Shown piece after piece: positions 22,324 to 34,300 of a DNA stretch of 64,000 nucleotides. The translations under genes and the position numbers were made by a program. The notes below the pieces were generated by a model, which did no database searches, was not told the DNA's origin, and worked only from the letters and a program-made list of their open reading frames with translations. The stretch's first letter is position 1, and every line of letters starts with the position of its first letter. The stretch comes from Phoronis australis (lineage: Eukaryota > Animalia > Phoronida), in NCBI GenBank assembly GCA_002633005.1, contig NMRA01000750.1, forward strand, positions 104,260-168,259. Reading direction: 5' to 3'.

Positions 22324-25300
22324 CGTGCGTGCGTGTTTATGAGGGTGCCTGTGTGTACAGTTCCTGAAGCTTGATTGTCATTTCAGTATACTGAAAAAAT
22401 TTTCAACAAAAACATTTAGCACGAATGTACCCACGCCCACCCCCTTTTCAGAATATTTTGTAAAAAAATCCTGCAAAAACTTAATAAATCAAATAAAACA
22501 ATTTCCTTGCTCTTTGAACAATAAAAAGGAAAACTATCAAGGTTTGAAAGACAAGCTTTTTCGGTCACAATGTTGTCTCATCCGCAATTCAACATGGCCG
22601 ACAGCATACCTCTGCAGCTGTACTTAATTTAATTTTTCATACTTAAAATAAATGTAATGATTTCCTAAAATGATATGTTTCTATGTCAAAACTATGTAAA
22701 ATTGTCAAAGTGGAAATTTAGCAATCACAATTATGTAAAAATTAAGACTTTTAATCTTTCTCTTAACATGTGAAAGGGCACTGGTACAGCAGCATTGGCC
22801 ATGGTTACAATCAAACTGCCAAGTTAAGAACAATCCTCGCATGTTCATTTTTGGTTCAATGTTCAGTTCATTGTACTCAGCCTACATGTAGAAACACAAA
22901 TGGTGCTACTTCAAATTTATTTAGACCCCTGGTATACTTACCGATATTGTGGGGTTAGAGTCGGGGGGAGGGGCACCACTCTGTAGACTGATCTGCAAAC
23001 AAGTGAAAAGTTTACAAACCAGTGATAACTCAAATTCAACTCGTATACTTTGAAGACATTTCAGGCAAAATTTTTCAATGATAACATAACATGGAACGTT
23101 TGCTTTAAAGTTTAACCAAGTTGCCCTCAGTAAATTGCTTTCCATGAAAATGGGCAAAATTCATACTGGGTAGCTAAACCAGTGATACCAACAAAGATGT
23201 GCTTGGTCAATCATCCACTCAGAGATAAGCACACAAGGTAGATGCTTGCTTTGACCAAATAACATTTTGAATTTAATAACTTTAACTCGAACAAAAATTG
23301 CATAATGCAATTTTATTGTGACAGATCGTCCCAAGTAGCCATTACACCTACTTGGGATGGTATAAATTACCGAGTGTTTAAAAAATTCGAGAATACAGTA
23401 AAAGTAGTTCTATCAACTGCACAGATGTAACTATCATGTTTATTAATTGCGGCATAGAACATGATCGGACAATAGTCTACTTAGATTTGTGACAACAGCG
23501 AGTAAGTGCAAACTCTGAAGTCACTATGATTGCATCACAGCCATTTTGCTTTATCGAGCATGAAGTAAATGCATCAGAAAGGTGCAATATGTTAATTAGC
23601 ACGTACCTCCCACACTATATGTGATTTCAGGTTGTTACAGTGTTTACAATCTGCAACTTTGCCTCAAAGACCCACGCAGCTCTATAAATTAGGTCAAACC
23701 CAAATTGCCAACTTCAAACTGGAATTAAGTTAGCAACGGACAATCTATCCATTGAATTAATGAATGAACTTCGGTCCATTCTTTTATCAGATGTAATTAA
23801 GAATGCTAACTCGCTATACTAAAAAATAAAACAAATGAGATCCACTCAAAACAGGAACCAAGATGGCACTGCATGAAGCTCCAAGCAAGTCTAATCTGAA
23901 AAAATTCTCTCTGCAATACGTACATTGCCTCTGATATTAGGTAGCTTTTGGGTGTCTATTTTTCCTACATCCCAGGACATCACCTTGGTAACAGGGTCAA
24001 ATGAGTACTTTCCTTGAGATGGCGTTAGTGTGACATTGAGCACACTTTTTGGAAATGGCACCTCCATGACAACATTTTCGACCTAAAATGGAATTAATGC
24101 ACCCAAATTTTAAATCTAACAACGTACTATTATCATTATTTAGATTCAGTTATGCACACTGAAAGAATGCAAAATCATCTTTTGTAACATGCACAAAAAT
24201 AATGAAAGCAAGTGAACAGTCTTAAAAATGACACTGCTGCTTGTGAGAACTGGTACTGTAGTTGTCTTATAAAAGTAACTCCAAGATTGACATCAAAACG
24301 TGAACAACAATAATTTCTGCAGTTGCCACATAACATTTGAAGGTCATGAACGAAGCCAAAATTATATTAGACACAAGGTAGGCTTTAACAAAGTACAAAT
24401 ATAGACTGAGATGTCTAATTATCTGGAAGAAAAATAATCACCCAATAAAGTATTTTGGTAAAGTTGCAAATCTCTATCATTGTGGTTACACATAGCACGG
24501 TGATTAAGATTATGTAAAACCCAAAAAAATGGCCAATTTTGGCTGACTTCGGAAGATCATATCTCAGAAATGGCCGATCAGATTCAATCATATGAAACTT
24601 TAACAAACTATGAGTTAGTTAATGCACTGTTCTCCAAAACGCTGTTTGGAATTGTTTTCAAAATGGTCCAGTTTTGCATGAGGGCTATCAACAGCTGGAC
24701 TTTTTATGATTTTCATGAAAAAAAAATTAAAATTTGTGTGAAATGGAAACGAAATAATGACTTAGGAAATTGTAACGTTTCTGAGATTTCATTTTCAACA
24801 TTTATATCAAATGAAATTTGGTCACACTATTAATAGCATTGTCTTGCTCTCAACATATCTTTCCTTTGTGCTAAATTTTACTAAAAAGACATGGTGAAGT
24901 GACAATTGCAGATTGGTGAAAAGAAACAATTCAATTCAGGCCTCCTACTCTCAAAAAGTATGTACTTTTACCGATGGCTAAATACACAGACCAGAAGTAT
25001 TTTAGCCTTCAGCTTCACATGTGACTTTTGAGACTTGTTTCACCTAGTAGCACTACTGAATCACCTGTTTTCCCATGGTTTGCTTGGGGCCTATTGTAGC
25101 ATCGAACCTTCCCGAACTTCCTTCTCGAAATGAAATATTGTGACGGACATAGATTGGAATTGCCACAAGGCTGCAACAGAGTAATGAACCGTACATTGTA
25201 ATGCAAATAAAAGCTGTTTACAGGGAATGCTACATATATTCGAACATGAACGAATGAAAACAAAATAGAGTTTAAGCAATTGCGAACCTTCTCAAAAACA

Positions 25301-28300
25301 AACTTGATAACATATATTGTTTGAGTTAAATATTTCTTGTTGCTAGTCTTTCCTAATAAAAATTTCACACACCAATTATTTTTAATGCATGGGTACAGTC
25401 TAATGCAAATGCCTAAAATGCTATGTTGTCTATGGTGAAATCACATCTTCGTAATTTAATAATTTAACCTCAAGGAATACAAATACAAGCTATCACAAAT
25501 CAAGGGTTGCTCATTTTTCGAAATAATACATACAGACATGACTGCATTAAAAATTGATCAGATGAGTAAACGAATCGAAAAGTTTCGTTTTTTGCAAAGA
25601 CAGTAAGAGCTGCATTGGAATTTCACTTTCCTACTTTGACATTCTGGGGAGAGCATTCTTACTTCTGTGCTCCTATGTGATAGGACAATAGCCTGAAATT
25701 GCCATCGGGAGGGACGAATGAGAGTACGCGTTCACTCTCCCAACGCTTGAACCGTACACAGGGATGGAAGCTGACATCATCCAGGAGGCGAGGATTGACA
25801 AAGGACAGGGTTAGGTCTGGCATTCCACTGAGTTTGGTCAGACAGTCAATCTGAAAATGCCATGCATGACACATAAGCATCAAATACAAAATTGAAGATT
25901 ACCCAATCAATGGATTTCAGCAGGAAAAGTTGTGCACAATCTTAAAATAAAGCTAGAATTTATGGGTGAAAAGTGCAGTAACTTGTTGAGCATCCATACC
26001 CTATCTAATATCTGTGAGGTTATTTACAGGTGGAAATATATACTCGCCAAGACAAGACATAGAAAATCGTATGCAACAGTAATGATATAAGAAGTGTTGC
26101 AAATTAAAAATTTTCAAAGATTTTGATGGTAGTCAAATCCATTCATTAATATCAGTTGTGCTCTCCTCATTAGGAACATGTAGGTCCAATTTAATAAAGA
26201 GGAAGTTTTAAGATATTGAGGCAGACACAATGACAACTTGCCATTAGAGGGCACCACGTGTCACATCAGTCCAAAAATCAATACCAGCTGTACTTTCCTC
26301 AATAGAAACCTGAATGCCAAACTTTATGAAAAACATCAAAGAGCTTGACAGATATTGAGGCAGACGTGCGACAACTGCCAGGTATTGAGACAAGCAAAGA
26401 ACAAAACTGCCACCAAGGGGCCCCACAGTAGTAGAAACAGTTCGACAATCCACCAATGAAGGCAGCATTTCTTTCAGTATGGTCATACATGCCAAATTTC
26501 ATAAAGATCCATCAACAAATTTGATAGGTCACAAACATTTTTAAGTCTGGTGTGCATGCCACCAGTTGGCCACATCACGTGACCTAATGAACTTCAGTCT
26601 GAAAACATTTCTGGTATTGAGGAAAACAAAATTTACCACTAAGGGATGTCACAGTTGATCTATCCCTAAAATTAATGTTGGCCACACTATTACGCTGATT
26701 CTTCAAGTTGTTTGACTTATAAGGAGGCAAATGCCAAAAATGACAAAAACGGCCTCTAGGAGGACCAGAATAGGTCAAACCCATCTAAAACTGAGCAGGC
26801 GCTGTCGCTTACGAAACACACAAAGATCTTTCAAAGAAATTGGTAGACACTGAAGCATAGCCAAGTCAAACCTAAAGTGCCACTAGGGGATGCCACAGTA
26901 GTCGGACTCATTCCAACATCAGCACCGGCCATGACCTCCACACTAGAAACAATTAAACTGAATTTCATGAAAATCAATCAAGCAACTTGGCTGATACTGT
27001 GTCAGAGACAAAACTTGTCACTCGGGGGCGCAACAGCATTTGGGCTTGTCTGAAAATCAACATCAGACATGCTTTCTTCAATATGAATATACTTTCCAAA
27101 TTTCATAATAATCCTAAGTTTAGCGAATTGGGAGAGGTGGGACAAAAAAGGACTCCAAAATAATATAAATGGTCATTAGGGGGTGCAGAATATGACTTTG
27201 TCTAATCTATCAAAAATTGGAAGGGATCGTCATAATCTCATCAGAAACATACTTGGCAAGTTTCATAAAAATATGCCAAGCAACTGGGTAGACACAATGC
27301 AAAAAGCCAAAATTGTCATTAGGGGCTCAGTGGTACTCAGACCTGCGTGAAACTTGCTGTCAACTCCAGCTTCTTGAGAACACAGCTACTAAATTTCATG
27401 AAGATCGTGCTCAGAGTTGGAAATACAACACTGATTCATAGAAAGACATAACAACAAAATGTATCAACATGTGAATATGTGGCCACATGAAAGCGCAACA
27501 GACTTTGTATTACAAAGCTCTCACTTTATTAAATGAGGAAAATGCCCAAGCCCATTATTTCTGAAGTTATTTCGTGGAATGGCCTCTGTTTTTGATTGTG
27601 TTTTGACATCATTGATAGCCCATTATGAAACTCACGTAGCCTTGAATCTCCGCGGTAACGGCCGAGCCAGACTTGTCAATGATGGCATCCACTTCCTCGG
27701 TGACGTCAAAGTATGCCTCGTTGTTGGTGTACTTGACCCCTGTCCTCCTCCACGGAATGTTAGACAGTTGACCAGTGGGCAGGGTTGCACTCAAACTACA
27801 ACAACACGAACATCTTTCAAACTCAGAGGCACTCATATGGTGGAGTGCAAAATTAAGCTTCTCAGGCCAACATACAGTACAAGCCAAAAATACTACATGT
27901 AAAAATTTTTTAAGTCTACCAATTCTTCAAACCGTAAGTGAGATGATGAGAGCAAGTCACACAATGCAAATACACTGTGTCTGAATCATTATTGTTCCAG
28001 CATTTTAACGATCCTGGCAACCTGAGCAACTATTCACTGTTGTATTAACTTCTTGATTATTTTTGGCATCATTGCTCAAGTCAAATGGCAAATTGTTATG
28101 TACAAAGCCTGGGACCAAAAATTGCTGGTCCTATCGGCAGTTACCAGAGTGAAAAAGTGACAGTACACAGTTTCCCGGACTTTTTTTATCCTTGCTCACT
28201 GCCTCACATTTCCAGGAATGGATGAAAGACAATTTTAATGAAAAAATTTCATTATTTATGGAAATCAAATAATATGCTAAGTTGACCAGAAGCACCTTCA

Positions 28301-31300
28301 AAAAACCATTCTCCTTTAGCTGGAAAACAGAGAAACACGCTCACTGTCCAAAACATTCGAATGCCCTGAACAGAATTGCTATTAGAAGAATTATGAGGAC
28401 TGTGTTTCCTGAAAGTAATCTTTAACCTTCAGCTTTAAACTGATTGTCTTGTGGCGCAGAGTCCCTTTTGCCATCAAGTACACAACTTGCAGGAAACAGG
28501 GTTCAGTTAACATAGGAACTAAAGCCACAAAATATTCGATTCAATTCACTAGTTCAAATGGCAATGAAATCTGGTTGTTTTTTAATCTAGAAATCATCGC
28601 CGTGTTCCAATGATACGCCATAGCCAGCTGTGCTGAGAGTGCTTCTACTAATTATTCCACTTACTTGGTTGGTTTCCTTGTTACAGTGTCAGTAATTGAT
28701 CGGAGGATATTGGGTGGTTTAATGAGTTCCTTCAAAATGTTGGATTCCGTAGCAAGTGGGAACCCGTTGTCTAACATCTCGTCAAGTAACTGAAATAAAA
28801 TGCTCTCAGAAGTGACCAATATATGGTTGTATAACAAGAACGACAATGTTCACTTCTGTTACCAAACCAAAACATTTTTCATGTTTTTTCTCAAAATTTT
28901 GAGAACCACAACTAAGCTAACATATTGAAATATCGCTTTATCTACTATGGCCTCTCACCTCTGCACAAGACTTGTTAGCCAAAGAAACTTTTATAAAAAG
29001 TTTCCTGCAGTAACGTCACCACTGTTTTAATCTGACGAAGACAGACGATATGTTTTGCATGCAAATACCTCAAATTTCTAATACCGCGGAGACGTTCGAA
29101 AGACATGGCTACCAAAGGGATTTCATCGAGTCGGCTTTAACATGGTAGAGAAAGTGGCAGAAGAATGCCCACCGCAGACTATGTGCTTGCCATATATATC
29201 CCGAATAAATGAGAAGCTAGGATGCATATGTAAAGAATTTATATAATAACAGTATACCACAGCTCAAACACACTGCGTAGGCGGCTGACAAAAGTCAAAC
29301 CAAGAACTGACATGGGAAAAAAGGAAATTACGAAATCCCATGTGAATGTGGTGAATCATATATTGGTGAACAATCAAGACCACTGGAGATTAGAATTGCT
29401 GAACATAAGAGCTATTGTAGAGAGGGTAATACCCAATCAGGAGTAACAGAATGCATGTGGTCGAAACAACAAAATATCCAGTGGAATAACAACTGAATAC
29501 TTGACAGTGAAACAGGATGGACCAAGCGAAAAATCAAGGAAGCCATGTACATGAAAGTACAAGGCAATGTCTACAGTCAGCCAAGCAAACAACCAAGTGA
29601 CACCTGGCTCAGTCTACTTAGGAAGGTTTAAGTACAATAAAATTCCCTCTAAGTAAACAGATGACTTTGTGGTGTAGTGGTTAAAGTGCTGGACTCAAAT
29701 ATATTCTGTAATTTCAGAAGTTGTGGATTCAAATCCTTCCTCGGAAAACATATAGTCACACCATGATGAGTGTATTACATATCCGTGCCTGTTCTTCTGA
29801 AAACGCAGTAAAACCTGACCATGGCTGGAGAATAGACCGACGTAAATGTGACAATGTAAATAGACAAGAGGTCGGTGTAAATAGACCAAGAGATTTTAAT
29901 AGTAGATGCAAATACCTCATAAACTATGACATAGTTTTCTTTTATGACAGTCTCAGTAGCGTCGTCAAAATAGTCCTGCAGAATGTCCACAACTCTGTGT
30001 AGAAACTCGATGACGAAGAGCGGCGGCACTGAAAAGTTTAGACACAAAACACGGTTCAACATATTGTATATCAATAGAATCACACTAGACCTGGTACAGT
30101 GACACCGTGCACTTCAAATAGCTGACTTTTGAAATAGCCAAGGCGTATTGAAATTCACTAACCTGTCACACGGTGACCAGGTCTTTGGTGGACAGGTGTT
30201 CAGCACCACCTACAGATCCCATGCAATGCAGACGGAGGGTTTCAACCTACTGATTAACAGCATTTTAACACCTTTCATGCTATTATAATGCTGAAAAATT
30301 TTCCGCTTACTGTACAGCGAGATGTACTAAATGTCTTACGAAAAAAGGCAATCATGTTCCATACATTTCCCAATGCCGAGATATATCCGCGAAAAAGCCA
30401 GTGGCTGTGGCTGATACAGCAGGAGAATTTTGGTTCCAGCCATTGTCAAAAGGCTAAAATAAATTAGACAACTAATCAAACAATTGGAGGACTGACAGAG
30501 GAATTTATTCTTTTGCTTTTAAACGAGTCACTCTGTAGTTCTGAAATTCTATCCACCAAATCTGAGTCGCAATCAATCGGAAGCCAATTTCCTGCACTGC
30601 TCTCATTAGTCTGGAGAATGCCCAGTTCTATGAAATCCCCAGTTAATGACCGCAGCGATTGGAGTACACCTGCTGGTAACAATAACACGAGAAATGACTT
30701 GTCACTAGCTACTTTAACTACTCAAGTAAAAGAAAAGCAGTTCTGGGCCCGGTCTCTAATCTTTGTACTCGAAACGAACTCGAAACTATTTTTGGCAATT
30801 TCCCTGCTCCTTTTGTGCGAACTTAAGATAATTGGTTATCAGACTGCGCTTGAATACATTATAGTTTATGCATAAGAGTTTCTAGTTCAAGTTTGCCCTT
30901 GAAGACCCTTATACTCGTGCTACAAACTTGAGTAAAAACTCGAAATTTCGAGTTCAAACTCAAACTTATTGCTTTAATGTTGGGTTTACAAACTGTGAAC
31001 TAAGGGCAATAAATTATCTACGTACTGTGTACTCGAGCATAGAATAATAGACACTTATCTTGAGTTCGCCCAAAAGTAGAGAAGAAAATGCCAAACCTAA
31101 TTTCGAGTTCCATTTCGAGTAAAAAGATTGGAGACCGGGCCCAGGTCTATTACACCACAACGCTAAATACCTTCTGTGGTAACGACAGCCACATAATATA
31201 GATTGTTCCTGTAGATGTTGATCAGATAGTGGTGAGGCGTAGCTATCACAGGGGGTACATCCTCAGCTGTAGGCACCTGCAAAATTAGATTTACCAAATG

Positions 31301-34300
31301 ACATCTTCTCATTGAATCACAGTTGCAGATACCCTCTGACACAGCGCCACCTATAGTGAAAACTGGCCCTGTGGAAACATGATGAAGGACATACTGTTAT
31401 ACAGTATTGTTTGGGCTTAAGGCACTGGATAGGGGATCCCTTGATTTTGTTTACTTCGATCACATCCTGTTTTAATAATGCAACTATTCAAGTCAAAGGC
31501 ATTTGCCGCACTACGTAACAGTAAACTGAAAGGGATTTCCCAGATTTCAACAAATGGGAATGACTGAATGTTATGACGGTTTCATGACCTAAACCAATGA
31601 GAAGCCATGTTAAACAACGTTGGCAAGACCGTCTGCACGATTAGCAGAAGGTACAGGGTGCGTGTCCCGGTCGGAGGCAGAAATCTTTTTAGACTTATAT
31701 TCATTACATGATGTGGTCAAAAGGTGGCGTGCTGACAGGACAAAATGTTCACATAACCATAATCACCACACAAGAGGCAGGACAGTAGCCCTAACACTTG
31801 AAACTCTATCTTGTCAACCATTCATAACTCATAGAAGAAAAGAGATTAGCGAACAGATCACAAAGTGCCAAAGATATTAGCTAGGACACTACATGGTACA
31901 CTCTGTGACCTTTGTTCGAAACCCGCCGAGAAATATAGGAGTTGCACACAGAAGAATGTTTCCCTAAATGCATGCATGAAAATAAGAAGGACCAACATAT
32001 GCACAACGCCAATTCATAGAATGTAACCTATAATTTTTTGAAGCATAAAACATTTCTCTGCATAGATGGACAGATGGAAACACGGATTCATGGAATGACT
32101 CCTACCATTACTATATTCACTACACCTTTGGTGGGGGATAACAAAGTTAACAACCGGTAACGAAAAGATCACACACACATGCATGCATGGACGGATGCAC
32201 ACACACACACACACAGGCATTACTAAAAGATACCAGATGGCTGCTGCCAACCTGTGTTCATTTTAGCAACACAGGAAAAACTAATACACCTCAGTTCTTC
32301 CCATCACCAAGCATTTTATAAATTTCTCATTTCTCAATGCATATAGCCCACCAAAAATATAGTCTTGTATGACTTTATTCCATACGCATTTTTTTGTAAT
32401 CTTCTGTAAGACCAGGTTGCATATGTATGTGACAACTTATCAGTTAACACTTGCCCTCATATTTTTTTATTTGTAGATCATTACTGATTCCAATATAATT
32501 GATGACGTAACCAGAGCTTGCTAAGCCTAGCACTGAAGACAACTGAGACCAAGAATGTCAACACTAACACCACTAAACAACCTCATACACTTCTTGGAAT
32601 TAGTTGCTTGCAATTGCCACAGCCAACACAGACTTTTGTTCTTGTAACTAAGCACACCAATGACCAAAAAAACAGGTCCAGACTTACACTTCAGGCCAAG
32701 CTTCTATGTAATAGTTACTTACAGGGGTCCTGCACTTTGAGAACTACCAGTTTTCTTCAACAGGCATCAAACTGGTTCTCAAACTGCGGTACTCCTAGAA
32801 GTAACCATTGCCACTTTACCTTCCTCTGGTTCTCAAACTGCGGTATCACTAGAAGTAACCATTCCCACTTTACCTTCCTCTGGTTCTCAAACTGCGGTAC
32901 CACTAGAAGTAACCATTGCCACTTTACCTTCCTCTGCTTCTCAAACTTCAGTACCACTAGAAGTAACCATTGCTACTTTACCTTCCTCTGGTTCTCAAAC
33001 TGTGGTACCACTAGAAGTAACCATTGCCACTTTACCTTCCTCTGCTTCTCAAACTTCAGTACCACTAGAAGTAACCATTACCACTTTACCTTCCTCTGGT
33101 TCTCAAACTGCGGTATCACTAGAAGTAACCATTGCTACTTTACCTTCCTCTGGTTCTCAAACTGCGGTACCACTAGAAGTAACCATTGCCACTTTACCTT
33201 TCTCTGTTCCTCAAAAAAGTAGTCGCATATCGACTTGTGTATGACACTCTTCCAGTGTTTTTCCATGAACACATCTCTGAAAATACATCACAAGTGAACT
33301 TAGCTAGGTCAATATGAAGTCATCATTGGACTGAAATCCCAAGTCAATATCTGGTGGACCTAAAAACTGGACGTTTCAAAAAATCTTATTTGAAGTAAAA
33401 TCTAGGTTGTGACACCTAGTAATTAACCTTTTGGTGCATTGCATACAAAGGTCAGTGTCTTCTCATTTTTTACAGTATAGCTCCTTTTTGATTATGCCAA
33501 ATGTGCACAATTTCGACCTCCAAATTCACCCAAAGTAGACAATCCCATAAAAAGGTTTTAAATTTCAAACCGAACAATCTTTTTCCTAAACGTAAGCATC
33601 TGAATGAACTGACAATTCTTCGTTCATTGTTTCATTTTTTCATTTGTGAAAACAATTCTGATTTATGCAGCATTACCACCAAACTTTTTGAGCCTGGTGG
33701 GCTACGATACTCAAATTTTGAGCCTCACTTTCGAAGTTGACCTTGCTATAAATCGATGATTGATATTCACATCCATCGTAACTATACAGTGCTTTTAATT
33801 AAAAATGTAAAATGTCGAGTCAATATTGTCATGTTTTTCAGTTCCTGCTGTAATCTCAATCGGACCATTTTCATGGAAATTACTACCAAACTACGATCTA
33901 CGGTACTTCTCCACTTATTTCATGCACTCAGTTCATTTTGCATAGTTACCCAAAATTATTTGGTAAGCAACAGACCTATATCGCATGATCGGTCATCATT
34001 CTCAAAACGAGGCTACATGTGCATACCCTTCTTAAAGATGATGGCCGAGCCATGTGACCTTGGCGCTAAGCAAGGTAAACAAAGTACTCACCACGAACGA
34101 AGTTGCGTGGCGGAGTGTGTGAATGATAAGCGAAACCAACCAAAAATTTTTTGTTTCACTTATTCCCAACTTACAAGATGCTGAGAAAGATGTGAATTCC
34201 GAAAATACGATGAGATCATGGCCCTCATTTCACGATTCAGTGTTGCTGACTTGTTTGCTTGCAATTGAGCGATTTTAGTCTTCGATTCGAGTTGAGATTT

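Noticed and set aside
23607-23650. 44-nt candidate poison exon in AP3M intron 9 (cag|...gag|gtacgt with an in-frame TGA)
   Set aside because: The splice-like sites are plausible, but the pyrimidine tract is weak and there is no homology. It cannot be distinguished from chance without RNA data.
29030-29060. Possible hammerhead ribozyme (ctgacga) near Penelope remnants
   Set aside because: No properly spaced GAAA core or closing stems could be built.
29663-29745. Possible tRNA genes (also 13983-14065)
   Set aside because: A and B boxes are present but there are no valid acceptor or anticodon stems, so they are treated as SINE heads.
32518-33244. Plus-strand repetitive ORFs (234 aa Cys/His-rich; mucin-like VPLEVTIATLPSSGSQTA)
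   Set aside because: Read-through of a 54-bp minisatellite antisense to an AP3M intron. There is no start context or splice support.
34040-34140. Donor-like sites (gtgagt on - at 34091, gtaaac on +) suggesting an AP3M first exon
   Set aside because: The true first coding exon MIHSLFIINNSG is at 37442-37408. This segment looks like the interior of a non-autonomous DNA transposon.
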